Shown here: piece after piece, positions 49,552 to 60,560 of the stretch
How positions within the stretch are numbered: the first letter of the stretch is position 1
How the letters are laid out: every line of letters starts with the position of its first letter
From: a virus
Strand: one strand, 5' to 3'
DNA length: 64,000 bases
Virus record (IMG/VR): IMGVR_UViG_3300034198_013268
Location: 9,422 to 73,421 of that record
Program-made: the position numbers and the translations under genes
Notes under the pieces: model-generated
What the model saw: only the letters and a program-made list of their open reading frames with translations
The model's database searches: none
Told to the model about the DNA's origin: nothing

Positions 49552-52500
49552 GTGGTTGGATTAGGCGACGAGCGCGTCAATATTGAAGTCAAATATGACG
49601 TTGACGGCGAAGAGAAGATACTTGGCGTCCAGGGTCAACTTCTTGCTTTAAATAAACAAGCAACTAATACTTCTTCTGTTTTTGGAAAAATGACAGGAAG
49701 TATGGGTGATGCCGAAACCCAAATGTCAAAAACTGAAAAAGGTGGCGTCCGCCTAACCAAGCAAATGTCTTTGCTCGAAGTTGTTGCACAAAAATTCCTT
49801 AAAGTTTCAAAACTTATTCGCGTTGGCATGGTGGCCATGACGGTCGAGTTTGGAGCAACAGCTCTTGCACTTGTCTCTGTTAATGCGGCTTTCAACATAG
49901 GCATAGGCCTAGTCAAACTATACAAATGGGCTATGCAGGGTTTAGCTGGGACGGTTGCCGCAGTTGGCGCTGCAGTACTAGTAGGAGCGGCGGCTTTTAG
50001 GCAATTTAGTGCCGCAACAGCGGCTTACAACTATAAAGACTCCAAGGTTCTCGGCAGCAGTTTAAGCCAGTCATCAAACATGATGCGCCAAATGTACAAA
50101 GATACAGAGTTGGCTTCATTTGGCATCAAAGCCTTGAGTCAGGCTTTTGCAGCGGCTAGCCAGAGCGCACAAGTAGACCCAAAGATGATTTCGCAATTAA
50201 AGCAAATGTCAGATTTTGCTGCTGCTGGCCCAGACCCCGCAAAAGGTCTTGCTTCGGCGGCTACGTTTCTTGGACTGCTCAAAAAATATAAGACATTTAA
50301 TAAAGAGGTGCTTGGCTCTCTTAGGCAAGTAAGCCCAGAACTTGACCGACTGGTGAAAAGAGGTCAAGTACCAACAGATGCTCAAACTTTTTTAGACCAA
50401 CTTCAATCTGGTGAACTAGCTAAAAAAGCTGGCGTTAGTGGCGCAAATGCAAATATCAAAAAAACCCTATTCGGCAACTTTAAGGCTTTACTTGCCGATG
50501 CGTACACTGAAATAGCGGACTCAGGTCAAAGACTTCTTGCTCCTGTGCAAGATGCAATGAATAAGATTTATTTTGGTCTCAGAAACACTTTTAGAAAAGT
50601 AAGTAACGACCTAGTTGCTTTTGGTAACGGTGGCCTTATTGGGGCATTGACTTCTTTTGCAGACAAAGTAGAGCAATTCTCACTCAAACTATTTAGAACG
50701 TTTCTTCCTCAAGCAAATGGATGGTGGAAAAGAACCGGTGACGTATTTAAGTCAATGGTCAACGACTTCAAAGATGCCAGAGATATGTTTGCTCCAATGC
50801 GCAAGGGCGGCTCTGAGGTTATCCATATGTTCGGAGCTCCGATAGTTCAGGTTTTTAAATCTTTAAGACAAAACATGCAGCATCTAGCTGATGTTGGAGT
50901 CAAGAACGGTCCAAAATTTCAAGCGTTTGGCGATGCTTTGGCTCGTGTTGTAGAAGGATTTTTTAACATGGGTCAAGGCTTCAAGGAAGCTTTTACTACC
51001 GCGCTTCCTGTTTTAACAAGAATTGCAAATGTTCTAGGAACATTGATGGACACTATAGGCAAGGTTCTTGCAGGGTTTAGCAGATTGCTTGGTTCTGCTG
51101 GCGGTACAGCAGCAATTCTCGGTATGGGGTTCCTGGCCCACAAAGGCAAAACATCGATGAAGTCGGGGTTTGGCAGAGGTGCGCAAGGAAAACTAGACAG
51201 TGCCTACGGCATTAGAGAAGTAACAAAGCAAAGTCAAATTGGCAACGGTCTTCCTTTTACTAGTGCCGAAACGGACCTTCCTAACAGTCCTCTTTCTGGA
51301 GCATCAGGTCAGATGAGTGCTGCTTTGCAGCCAAGCGTAGCCGCTCTATCTAGTTCTTCTGCTGCTCAAACTGCTGCTTCTGGAGCAATGCAGTCAGCAG
51401 CCAATTCAATGAACGCACTAACCAGAGGGGTAACGGGTGGAGGCAAAAGTAATGGAGATAGAAGTTATGGAAGTAGTCAATTTGCTACCACTGGAAACGT
51501 CGCTACTGGAAGTCCTGGCATGCCGAGCGGCGGAAACATTCAGATGTTACCAGGCGCAAACGGTCAACTTGTTCCTACGTTTGTTGCAAACTCCACACCC
51601 GCTCCCGGAAGACTTACTCCAGTACAACCTGGGGCAAAGGGGTATATTTCTCCATATGGGGGCCTAGAAAGAAGCGGTCCTCTTAAGCGAGATGCTAATG
51701 GTAATTTAGTTGTTACCAATCGTCGCGTTGGTTCTGGGGTCAGAAGTACAGACCCTGGACAGGGGCGTGGCGCTGCTGAAGCCGACGTAATACGGGCAAC
51801 AAAAGCGGCAAGCGTTACAAGAGGACGCGACCTTGGGAAAAGAATGAACGAATTTGACACTCATCTACAGCAACTTGGCGTTCCGCACCCAGATGACCCT
51901 AGACCATTTATTGGTCCTGCCAAACCTGCTGGTCTAGGTCAAGCTCCAGTCTCGCTCACAAGAAGGCAAAGAATAAAAAACGGTTTTAAATCTGGTCGTT
52001 CATGGGCTTTTGGCGGCAATGGCAGTTCGCTTGGCGGAGGAATTACTGGAGCTTTAAGTTCTAGTCCTGTAACCGGTAGAGTTAATCAAGGATTCTTTCC
52101 AAGAATGGGTCGTAAGTTTACTGGCCAGAGTACAGGTACAGACCTTGGTGGTGGCGCAAAAGGAGCTTTTGCTCGCGTGCTTGGACTTGGTTTTGGCGGG
52201 GATGGCAAGAACGGTAGAACAAGCGCATTTCAACAGGGCTACTTGGCGGAAAAAGAAAAGTTTAAACAAATTACTGGGCTTCAAAAAATGACTGCAGCAG
52301 CAAGATTTAAAGCAGTAAGAGGTGGTCTTAAAAATAGCAGGACCGGTTTGGGTCAAATTGGCGCATTTGCTGCTACTTCGTTGCTTGATACTGGATTTGC
52401 TAAAAAACATATTGACCCCAAGGTGATGCCATATATGCAAGCAGGGGCTGGCTTGATGGCCATCAACCCGGCGCTTGGTGCTGGAGTTGGCCTTGCGGGC

Positions 52501-54390
52501 TACGCAGCCAATGCCAAAACAACAAAGGGAGGGGCCACGATGGGGGCGGCTTCTGGAGCACTTATCGGCGCTGCTGCTGCTTCCTTTATTCCCGGTGTCG
52601 GAACCGTAGCGGGAGCACTAGTTGGTGCAGGAGTAGGTGCCGTTGTTGGGTTTATGAAAGCTAGAGGAAACCAAAAGAAGTTTGCTAAAGCGGGAGCCAT
52701 AGCGGTTGTCGACCAACAGGCTTTTGCGGCAATATACAAAGGATTGGGAGAAATAGTCAAATCTGGTACTACCGTTATTTTGCGTAAAGGTATTGCTGAT
52801 ATGAAAAATTTCAGTGCAGAATTTGGAAAAGTTGGGCAGACAGCGGAAGGAAGAGCCAAGCTTTTATCTAAATATAAAAAAATTCTTACCCCGGACCAAT
52901 TAAAAGAAATGACGGGCGGTATTAGCCACGGAGGGGCCACAAGAAAAGGGGTAGCCACGGTAGCAGAGCGTTCAGACATGTATGCCAAAGTCATGACAAG
53001 GTCGGCCAATCAGTTTGATGACGTCATGAAATCTCTGCGTTTATCTACAGGAATGACCGCTGAAGAAATAAACAACCTTGCCCTCAAGGCAAACGTCAAC
53101 TTATTTAATTCGGAACTAAAACTTTCCGACATAACAGCAAAACTTGGCGTTGGGATGCTTAAAACCGGCAAACAGTTTAAACAGGCGCTGAGAGACGTGG
53201 GTATTGATTCTCTTAAAGTGTTTGACGATTTTACAAAAGCAAAAGACATGACAGATGCCGTGCAGTCGGCAGGAGATGCCCTTCGTGGTGGGAGCACTTC
53301 TCCAGAAGCTTTTATTGATTACTACACAAAAGTTACCGACCTTCTTAACTTTAAAAACCCTGATAATCCAATAGCTAACTTCTTAAAGCGCAGTAAAGGT
53401 TTTAGTGGCGGTGAGGCTTACGGCCCTGGAGGGGCTCTTCGTGGAGTCAAACGAAACAAAAAGTTTGACGCATTGGCAAATTCGGCTCTTGGTAATGAAC
53501 AAACAGATTTAGTTTCAGCCGTTACGTCACAGATTGGTGGAGGACTAACGGGCGCGGGATTTAATTTTGGTAATGCCGAAGGCGGAAGAAACGCCGTAAG
53601 CTCCAGGGTTGCTGCCTTATTTAACAAAGCTAAGGGCGGAGATAAAGCGGCCGAAGCACAACTATTGAAACTTCAGGATACTCTTTCTAAGACGGATGTC
53701 GCTGGAAATGCCATTAACCCATTTGCGGGGGCCAAAACATCTGCAGACGCGGCTGCAATTTTGGAAAACATACTTAGTGGCACTGACGGCGGAGACCCCT
53801 ACAAGAATTGGAACACAAGAAATCTAGGGCCTAGGCCGTCAGCTATGTTCGGCAATCAGGCCATAAACCCAGAAATTGCTGGAAAGAAAAGCCCAGGACA
53901 AAAAACTGACCTTGAGAAAGAAATTGAAAGCGGTTTCTTGGCTGCAATCGACAAAGGCTTGATGGATACGGCAAAGAGCCCTCAATGGTGGGACAATGCC
54001 CCCAAGTGGTGGGAATCAGGCCTAGCGCTGAAGTACAAAGATGACGACCCAAGCCAGGAAGTGATAGGACTTCAGCCTCCGCAAGTAGCAAAGGGTGGAG
54101 TCGTAATGCCTCGCAGAGGCGGAACTCTGGTCAATGTTGGGGAAGCAGGGAGAGCAGAAGCAATTGTCCCCCTTAACGACCCAAGGGCAACGGCACTCAT
54201 GGCGGCCGCAAAACTAGGGAGAGCAAAGATAAACACACTTCCAGCATCTTCTGCCACAACCGGAGGTTCTGCCACTGGTGATACAAATATAAACGTTACA
54301 ATTCATGAGTCCGGCAACCCAAGAGACACCGCATATCAGGTACTTGAGGTACTAAAAGCGCATGCAAAGAATGAAAGACGGAGAAAATAA
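49552..54390 (+). CDS. Tape measure protein
   Basis: 1612 aa, Ala/Gly-rich helical with hydrophobic stretches; C-terminal AKGGVV...NVGEAGRAEAIVPL; follows the chaperones. Confidence 0.9.
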   Translation: MVGLGDERVNIEVKYDVDGEEKILGVQGQLLALNKQATNTSSVFGKMTGSMGDAETQMSKTEKGGVRLTKQMSLLEVVAQKFLKVSKLIRVGMVAMTVEFGATALALVSVNAAFNIGIGLVKLYKWAMQGLAGTVAAVGAAVLVGAAAFRQFSAATAAYNYKDSKVLGSSLSQSSNMMRQMYKDTELASFGIKALSQAFAAASQSAQVDPKMISQLKQMSDFAAAGPDPAKGLASAATFLGLLKKYKTFNKEVLGSLRQVSPELDRLVKRGQVPTDAQTFLDQLQSGELAKKAGVSGANANIKKTLFGNFKALLADAYTEIADSGQRLLAPVQDAMNKIYFGLRNTFRKVSNDLVAFGNGGLIGALTSFADKVEQFSLKLFRTFLPQANGWWKRTGDVFKSMVNDFKDARDMFAPMRKGGSEVIHMFGAPIVQVFKSLRQNMQHLADVGVKNGPKFQAFGDALARVVEGFFNMGQGFKEAFTTALPVLTRIANVLGTLMDTIGKVLAGFSRLLGSAGGTAAILGMGFLAHKGKTSMKSGFGRGAQGKLDSAYGIREVTKQSQIGNGLPFTSAETDLPNSPLSGASGQMSAALQPSVAALSSSSAAQTAASGAMQSAANSMNALTRGVTGGGKSNGDRSYGSSQFATTGNVATGSPGMPSGGNIQMLPGANGQLVPTFVANSTPAPGRLTPVQPGAKGYISPYGGLERSGPLKRDANGNLVVTNRRVGSGVRSTDPGQGRGAAEADVIRATKAASVTRGRDLGKRMNEFDTHLQQLGVPHPDDPRPFIGPAKPAGLGQAPVSLTRRQRIKNGFKSGRSWAFGGNGSSLGGGITGALSSSPVTGRVNQGFFPRMGRKFTGQSTGTDLGGGAKGAFARVLGLGFGGDGKNGRTSAFQQGYLAEKEKFKQITGLQKMTAAARFKAVRGGLKNSRTGLGQIGAFAATSLLDTGFAKKHIDPKVMPYMQAGAGLMAINPALGAGVGLAGYAANAKTTKGGATMGAASGALIGAAAASFIPGVGTVAGALVGAGVGAVVGFMKARGNQKKFAKAGAIAVVDQQAFAAIYKGLGEIVKSGTTVILRKGIADMKNFSAEFGKVGQTAEGRAKLLSKYKKILTPDQLKEMTGGISHGGATRKGVATVAERSDMYAKVMTRSANQFDDVMKSLRLSTGMTAEEINNLALKANVNLFNSELKLSDITAKLGVGMLKTGKQFKQALRDVGIDSLKVFDDFTKAKDMTDAVQSAGDALRGGSTSPEAFIDYYTKVTDLLNFKNPDNPIANFLKRSKGFSGGEAYGPGGALRGVKRNKKFDALANSALGNEQTDLVSAVTSQIGGGLTGAGFNFGNAEGGRNAVSSRVAALFNKAKGGDKAAEAQLLKLQDTLSKTDVAGNAINPFAGAKTSADAAAILENILSGTDGGDPYKNWNTRNLGPRPSAMFGNQAINPEIAGKKSPGQKTDLEKEIESGFLAAIDKGLMDTAKSPQWWDNAPKWWESGLALKYKDDDPSQEVIGLQPPQVAKGGVVMPRRGGTLVNVGEAGRAEAIVPLNDPRATALMAAAKLGRAKINTLPASSATTGGSATGDTNINVTIHESGNPRDTAYQVLEVLKAHAKNERRRK

Positions 54391-55241
54391 TGGCTATCAC
54401 TATAATTGGTAGACAGTGGAATGCCGATTCTGAAAAATTAAAAACTCAAGTTGGGCGACCTATAGATGGCAATGGAAAACGTACGGAAGGTGACTTTCTT
54501 GCAAAACCCGCCGAAAGAAGCATGCAGCAAAAACTTGACCCAGGACTAAATTTTTATTTTGCTGCCCCTCCGGCATCTTTTACCCACGAAGGGTATGGGG
54601 CTGAATTTAATGAAATTAAAAGACCATACAACGTTCCTCTAGTTGATGTTCTTGGTGCCAAAGCGCGAAGAGCTAGTTTTGAATTTCCCTTAATTCAGCC
54701 AGTAAAAAGCAGTGTTGCACAGATTAACTATCCAGGAGATATTGACCCACAAGGGTATGACCAGTTTGGAAACCCTAGGAGCGGAAGAGACTCCATATAT
54801 AGAAGCCGACCTCAGCCGGCAATATCTTCTATTGTTACCTATGACAACTTTTGGTTTGATGTAGAAGACCAAATATCTAGACTTACATCTATGGCAGACA
54901 TGGCAATTCCTATTGGGTTTACCAATTTTCACGATGCGCTGACGTCTTCATATTGGTACATAGACAGTATTACTTTTACTCATTCGCGAGCAAATATTCA
55001 AGGAAAAACAGTAAGCGCTTCCTGCAATATATCCTTACTTGAATTTATACCGTCAAATAAAAAGTTTATTCTTTTACCTAGAATTGCCTATAAAAAGTAC
55101 ACAGTTACCGGCAAGAAAAGAAAAGAAGACGCTAAAGCAGCAGTTAGCGACCCCGACTATTGGTTGTCAGACATATTGGCGGCGGAAGAAAAAGAAGCAG
55201 CACTTGCACGCAGTCGTGTAACAAGCAATGTTACAAAGTAG
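54390..55241 (+). CDS. Putative baseplate tube-initiator protein
   Basis: Position after the tape measure; WYIDSITFTHSR...SASCNISLLEF is tube-fold-like. Confidence 0.6.
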   Translation: MAITIIGRQWNADSEKLKTQVGRPIDGNGKRTEGDFLAKPAERSMQQKLDPGLNFYFAAPPASFTHEGYGAEFNEIKRPYNVPLVDVLGAKARRASFEFPLIQPVKSSVAQINYPGDIDPQGYDQFGNPRSGRDSIYRSRPQPAISSIVTYDNFWFDVEDQISRLTSMADMAIPIGFTNFHDALTSSYWYIDSITFTHSRANIQGKTVSASCNISLLEFIPSNKKFILLPRIAYKKYTVTGKKRKEDAKAAVSDPDYWLSDILAAEEKEAALARSRVTSNVTK

Positions 55242-55246
55242 ACCAA

Positions 55247-56839
55247 ATGTTTAAAAGAGCAAAAAACAGTACTGTCTATCCATCGGGCGCGGAAGCTGGC
55301 ATAAACGAATCAGAAATTCTCGATTACGGGAATATAAATCTTGCGTTTAGGGTGCTCACTAAAAAAGTGGGGATAGAAACGATTCCTTTATTTACGACGG
55401 TACAAATAACCTCGGTAAATGACTCGATGGGTAATAAAACAGTATTCAGCAAAAAAACATTTGCAATTATTCCAACTGTTACTTCTGACAGTGTTGCCTT
55501 TACTGGAAAAGAAGTAAACATTGTTGCAAGTGCAAAAAAACAATTTGCTGTTACGGGTGCTCATTTAGGTATATTTGCTTCGGAAAAATCGGCTAAAAAG
55601 TATTCAAATAAGCTGTTTATTAACTTGTATGTAAAATTTAAATCTAAGCCGCCTAAGGCTGCCAGTCCTCAGTGGTTTTCTGTTCAAAACAAACTTCAAT
55701 CTTATATAGATAAACAAGAATGGGACAGTGTTTCCCCGTTTGCTGGAATACTCTCAATAGCTGACATAACGGACCAAGACCAACAGGCTACTTTTACACG
55801 AAACATTTCTGAAATTTCTGTTACCTATAGCATGGATGAACATACTTCTATAAAAGTCACGTTGACTGACCCAGGTTTTAGAATGACGGAACTCAACTAT
55901 TTTGTACCGCGAAGAGACATGATATATAGAGGGCGCAGGATGGAAATTGCCGACGTTGATATCCAATCAACCGATGGTGCCCCAGAGATAACGCTGACCC
56001 TATGCAGCAAGGCTATTCAGCAGATGAAACGCTCCAAAATGCGTACAAACGTTATAAAGAACATATCTGGTGGTAGCCCATTTGCCTATGCCAGAAATGC
56101 TGCTGAAGCATATGGTCTTGGTTTTATTGGAGACAATAGTAGAAAAGGTCATTCTAAAGACGTTTTTTTAGTTAATGAAAATGGAACATCTGACGAGTCG
56201 GTATGGGAAGTTCTTAGCCGAGCTGCAAAAGCAGACCAAAAAATGGTGTTTGAGATAGATGGAACTTTAATATTTGGAAGCCAAGAGTGGCTTATGTGGA
56301 AGTTTGGAAGCAGTTCATATAAGGGCCCATTTGGTGCCTACGATAAAAAAACCAAAAAACACAAAACAATTCGCAGAAATTTTGTTCCTATTTTCTACCT
56401 TGGTAACTACGCCTATAAAGAAACAACTACGTCTGACCTAATAAAATTAGGGCTTGTTCCGCAAGACTGGGCAAAAAAACAACACATATACGGTACTCAA
56501 CCATTTTTGCTTGATAACTTTCCGTCATTTGAAACTTCTGATAATGACCCGCTAGCCGCTTCTGGCTCCTGTTCTGTTACCATGCCTAATGGAGGGCAGT
56601 TAAGACCTGGGTATACAGCAATAGTCGGGCCCCTCCCTTCTTATTTTTTTGGTGGTTACCTTATTTCTTCTGTCACATTTCAAGAAGGTTCATCGGCTTC
56701 CGCTCGAGTTAGCTTTAGAACCCCTGAAGAGTTAATTAACCAGTGGATAGAGCCCAACCCTCTTCCTTATAGAAAACTTACTGGGGCTTCACCGCTACGA
56801 GACGTTACAAAGAGAAACGAAGGAGTGTACGATGCTTGA
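55247..56839 (+). CDS. Putative baseplate hub protein
   Basis: ISVTYSMD...IKVTLTDPG, ESVWEVLSRAA...VFEIDGTLIFGS, LRPGYT...YLISSVTF; start taken at ATG 55247. Confidence 0.7.
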   Translation: MFKRAKNSTVYPSGAEAGINESEILDYGNINLAFRVLTKKVGIETIPLFTTVQITSVNDSMGNKTVFSKKTFAIIPTVTSDSVAFTGKEVNIVASAKKQFAVTGAHLGIFASEKSAKKYSNKLFINLYVKFKSKPPKAASPQWFSVQNKLQSYIDKQEWDSVSPFAGILSIADITDQDQQATFTRNISEISVTYSMDEHTSIKVTLTDPGFRMTELNYFVPRRDMIYRGRRMEIADVDIQSTDGAPEITLTLCSKAIQQMKRSKMRTNVIKNISGGSPFAYARNAAEAYGLGFIGDNSRKGHSKDVFLVNENGTSDESVWEVLSRAAKADQKMVFEIDGTLIFGSQEWLMWKFGSSSYKGPFGAYDKKTKKHKTIRRNFVPIFYLGNYAYKETTTSDLIKLGLVPQDWAKKQHIYGTQPFLLDNFPSFETSDNDPLAASGSCSVTMPNGGQLRPGYTAIVGPLPSYFFGGYLISSVTFQEGSSASARVSFRTPEELINQWIEPNPLPYRKLTGASPLRDVTKRNEGVYDA

Positions 56840-57095
56840 CCCTCAGGCCCGTTTTACTAACTCCAAAAGAGGCTCTGCCTCACAGGGGGCAGACACGCCC
56901 GGCAACTACCTAGCCAAGGTGGTCAGAACTACTGGTGGGATATATGTTCAGTCTCCCAAAATAGCTTCCAATAAAATATTTGGTCCTTGTCAAGTGTTTA
57001 CTTCAACCTTGCCTACAAAAGGGAAAACCGTACTTATTACTTTTCTGAACAACAGATTTGAAGAAGCCATCATCATTGGGATAAAGCATGCTTAG
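56832..57095 (+). CDS. Putative short baseplate spike (gpV-like OB-fold) protein
   Basis: YLAKVV...FGPCQV...PTKGKTVLITFLNNRFEEAIIIG; located after the hub. Confidence 0.6.
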   Translation: MLDPQARFTNSKRGSASQGADTPGNYLAKVVRTTGGIYVQSPKIASNKIFGPCQVFTSTLPTKGKTVLITFLNNRFEEAIIIGIKHA

Positions 57096-57156
57096 GCATG
57101 TATGTAGAACCTCTCAAAAAGTAATAAACTATTACTACTGAAGGTAGCGAGGAACT

Positions 57157-57450
57157 ATGGACACAATTAAATTTCCCATGTCGTTCGATAAAGGCAGAAT
57201 AGGGTATCTAGTCGAAGGCTCTAGGGATTACTATGCCCAAGCTTTATCTTTGGCTATTCAAATAACGCCTGGTCAACTTCCTCTTGAGCCCATTTATGGC
57301 ATAAAAGACTCCACTTTTGCTACCTTTAACAAATCAGCACTCATCCAGCTGGCGGCTTATTTTTGGCCAGAAATAGTTATCAACGATGCTGTTTCGTATT
57401 TTGACCAACGTCGACAGGCATATCTTGTTGACTTAGACTTCTCGAGCTAG
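57157..57450 (+). CDS. gp25/GpW-like baseplate wedge protein
   Basis: IKFPMSF...ITPGQLPLEPIYGI; precedes the J-like gene. Confidence 0.7.
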   Translation: MDTIKFPMSFDKGRIGYLVEGSRDYYAQALSLAIQITPGQLPLEPIYGIKDSTFATFNKSALIQLAAYFWPEIVINDAVSYFDQRRQAYLVDLDFSS

Positions 57451-57457
57451 GAAAACA

Positions 57458-58942
57458 ATGGCATCCCCAGACTTTCAACCATATATTGACTTAACAATCA
57501 ACGACCAACAACCTGTAGATATTTACAACGAAGCTGTTGAGTACGCAAAACTTGCTTTGCCAGAATTCTCTGCTCGCCCTGGAACGATTGAGGATGCTCT
57601 TCTTCAGGCGATAGCATATGTTGGCTCCACCAACCTTGCCGCAATAAACCGTCTACCGGACGGTCTAATGGAGGGCATTCTTCAGCTTATGGGGGTAACA
57701 AGACTTGAGTCCACGTTTTCAACCGTAGACGTAGAGTTTGAACTATCAGATGATGGTCTTACCATTTCTCCTGAATTTGGTGTTGTGTATCAAACAACAG
57801 ATGGGGACCAAGTCATACAGTATCCATTTTTTACAACTGACTTGCTTGAGGCAGACGTAGATAGCAGCCTTATTTCAACGACCGTTGTCTGCAGCATTGC
57901 CGGAGTGATTCCTTCTCTGCCTATTGGCACGCAGTTGACTATTGCGCAGCCTGATGCAAGTGTTTTAACTTGTACTACTACGTCGCTGGTGACACAAGGC
58001 GACTCAGCAGAAACTGACGATGAATTCTTTTCAAGAGCTACCACCATATTGCAGCTTTTGAATTCGACTCTAGTTACATCTGCGCAAGTAGAAGCATATA
58101 TTTTGTCGACGTACGCAGATGTACATAGATGCAAAGTCTACGATTTAAGAAAAATAATTCAGCACGATGCCGCTGCAGCGAGCAATAATGCAACCAGTAC
58201 TGGGTATACGGTTACTGTTGCTACTGATGCCACTTTTTATGCGGGTGCCGACTTTACTTCTGGTTTATTCAGGGTTATTACTGGCGATTTTGATGGCTCC
58301 GATATTGGGGATGCAACATCTTTCCCAACAGGACATTATGTCCCAACCGGTATAGGTTCAAATAATTTTACTTATACCAATGTTTATTCTGGTTCTGGGA
58401 CAACAGGTCCGGTTGACGTAATAGACATGGCCTCATTGGTTTTGGACTCTCCGACTGAAACACCTGGGTATTTTGCTATTTTTGTATGTGATAAAGATGG
58501 AGACCCTCTCTCCGCTGCGAAAAAACTTGAAATTTATAACGATATAAATTCAAAAATAACTGCGGGATTGAAATTTGTAATTCTAGATGCTTTTATTGTT
58601 GACATTGATTTTATTGTCACAATATCCGTAGCTGACGAATTTGGTGCCGGAGACGTGTCTACCAACCTCATAGATTCTCTTCAGTCTTACTTTTCGCCGG
58701 CAAATTGGCCTAGTTGGAATACGACCCTTCGGGTGTTTGATGTTGTAATTAAGGCAAGTGCTGTTTCTGGAGTTGCCTATGTTCACTCAGTAACAGCACA
58801 GCTCAAGGAATTTACAGACGATGCGCGTCCAGGAAACGAATTGCTAGCTGAGGAAATACTTACTGGTGGAGTAACAAGCGCGTTTGAAATACTATATGCC
58901 GGAATACTTCCACGCATATCTGTAGAAGTTGTTGTTCAATAA
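57458..58942 (+). CDS. Baseplate J-like protein
   Basis: LPEFSARPGTIEDALL, GDSAETDDEFFSR, SGVAYV. Confidence 0.82.
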   Translation: MASPDFQPYIDLTINDQQPVDIYNEAVEYAKLALPEFSARPGTIEDALLQAIAYVGSTNLAAINRLPDGLMEGILQLMGVTRLESTFSTVDVEFELSDDGLTISPEFGVVYQTTDGDQVIQYPFFTTDLLEADVDSSLISTTVVCSIAGVIPSLPIGTQLTIAQPDASVLTCTTTSLVTQGDSAETDDEFFSRATTILQLLNSTLVTSAQVEAYILSTYADVHRCKVYDLRKIIQHDAAAASNNATSTGYTVTVATDATFYAGADFTSGLFRVITGDFDGSDIGDATSFPTGHYVPTGIGSNNFTYTNVYSGSGTTGPVDVIDMASLVLDSPTETPGYFAIFVCDKDGDPLSAAKKLEIYNDINSKITAGLKFVILDAFIVDIDFIVTISVADEFGAGDVSTNLIDSLQSYFSPANWPSWNTTLRVFDVVIKASAVSGVAYVHSVTAQLKEFTDDARPGNELLAEEILTGGVTSAFEILYAGILPRISVEVVVQ

Positions 58943-60174
58943 TGATTGTAAACAGACTATCATTAGGCCAGCAAAATTTAAAAGTTATAAATTCGGGTTC
59001 TAATTGGAGAACAACAAACTTTACACTATACGATTACTCAATTTCCGAAATGTGGCAAAGCTCGGAATTAAGACAAATAGGTTTAAAACCAATAGATGGA
59101 GAACTAGATTCAACAATATATTTGTCAGGAATTCGTGTTTTTTCTCAAGACATTGGCAAAAAAGTTGTTTTTACGTTTGCAATAAAAATAGCAAATGGCG
59201 GTCTTGTCAATGTGCATATATCAGACGACAACAACGCTTTAAACTCTTCTTCTACAGACATACAGATAGACGCAACCACTCCTTCGATTAATATTTCTGG
59301 AGTAGCTTCTCCTCAGTGGAGAATCATAAGGTGTAATTCAATTACGGTTTCTTCAGCTTTTGCTCCTTCTGTAAGTATTGTTATTACTATCAATGGCGTG
59401 GAAACCGGAAACCCTATTTACTTTACTATTCCTACTTTGTACATGAAGAACGATATGTACTTGGACAATCCAGCCATGAGCTACATAGTTCCCAAACTGC
59501 CTCTTGTGCTTAACGAAATAGACATAGCCGTAACAGAGCCGGTCGATAGTCCCATGTGGAGATTTATAGACATAGCGACACAAGGCCTAGCTAAAGCAGT
59601 AGAAGAAACTTTAGATTTTCAATATTTGGATACGTCAGAAAAAGGTAATGTTTCAGGTCCTGGTTCAACGAGTACGCTTGTTCAAACCCCAGAAGCAGAC
59701 TTACCTACACTTATCTGGTTGGCAAAATTTACAGGGACTACACCAGTAACGAGATTTGTTTCGTCTCTGGCTCCATCTGACCCGTTTATTCTTGATGAAT
59801 CAACTCTTGATGGAGTGGACACAATTAGGTTTAGTTCTTACTCAAACCTTAATCCTGTGCCAGTAGACCTTGAGGAACAAAAACGACTTTTGCGTTGGCA
59901 GATAGACAATGCTTATTATGGCAGAAACTCTGGCTCAAAGAACGCCCTTATCAATGCAGCCAAGTTAATGCTTATTGGGTTTAAGAGTGTTGAACTTGAG
60001 TATGACTATGCCATCAATCCTTTTGAAATTACGCTATTAACGTTTTGGTTTGAAACAATTGGAGCCGATGAGACAATGATTGGCAACTCGTCAAGTGTTT
60101 TATTAGAAGCCGTAAACGCAGCAAAACCTCTCGGCGTAAAGCTAAGCCATGTAATGACTGATGAATTAACATAA
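58942..60174 (+). CDS. Baseplate wedge protein (P2 gpI-like C-terminus)
   Basis: LPTLIWLAKFTG, GSKNALINAAK, AAKPLGVKL; follows the J-like gene. Confidence 0.68.
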   Translation: MIVNRLSLGQQNLKVINSGSNWRTTNFTLYDYSISEMWQSSELRQIGLKPIDGELDSTIYLSGIRVFSQDIGKKVVFTFAIKIANGGLVNVHISDDNNALNSSSTDIQIDATTPSINISGVASPQWRIIRCNSITVSSAFAPSVSIVITINGVETGNPIYFTIPTLYMKNDMYLDNPAMSYIVPKLPLVLNEIDIAVTEPVDSPMWRFIDIATQGLAKAVEETLDFQYLDTSEKGNVSGPGSTSTLVQTPEADLPTLIWLAKFTGTTPVTRFVSSLAPSDPFILDESTLDGVDTIRFSSYSNLNPVPVDLEEQKRLLRWQIDNAYYGRNSGSKNALINAAKLMLIGFKSVELEYDYAINPFEITLLTFWFETIGADETMIGNSSSVLLEAVNAAKPLGVKLSHVMTDELT

Positions 60175-60238
60175 GCTTTAAGTCGGGATTGACGCATCTG
60201 CCCATTTATCCATAGTAAAATTGGCAAGGAGGCAGAAA

Positions 60239-60478
60239 ATGTCAGAAGAAGAAGAATGGGCTTTCAGGCAGCAGTTTGAAAGCTTAATCAAGGACATCCT
60301 CCCAGCAAGATTGGTGACGAACTTTATTATTGTTGCCGAAGTTGCAAACGACACGTCAAGTGAATTATCAGTTTCTGTATCAAGTGGGATGAGTCCGTGG
60401 CTAGCTAATGGGATGTTGGAATTTGCTTCCGACATAATCATGTCCGGAGACTGCATCTACCCAGAGGAAAATGATTGA
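60239..60478 (+). CDS. Small hypothetical protein
   Basis: ATG 60239 preceded by AGGAGG. Confidence 0.7.
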   Translation: MSEEEEWAFRQQFESLIKDILPARLVTNFIIVAEVANDTSSELSVSVSSGMSPWLANGMLEFASDIIMSGDCIYPEEND

Positions 60479-60560
60479 ACTATGCGCAATTCTCTTATTT
60501 AGTATGCCCTTGCGGTCTTTCAAGTCAACTACAATAGAATGAGACACGGAGAGGCAAAAC

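Noticed and set aside
49670-51400. Linker-like peptides in the tape measure (VFGKM, ASGQM, ASGAM)
   Set aside because: They do not match the strict [IV][STVG]GxM pattern and lie in a Gly/Ala/Met-rich protein where near-matches are expected by chance
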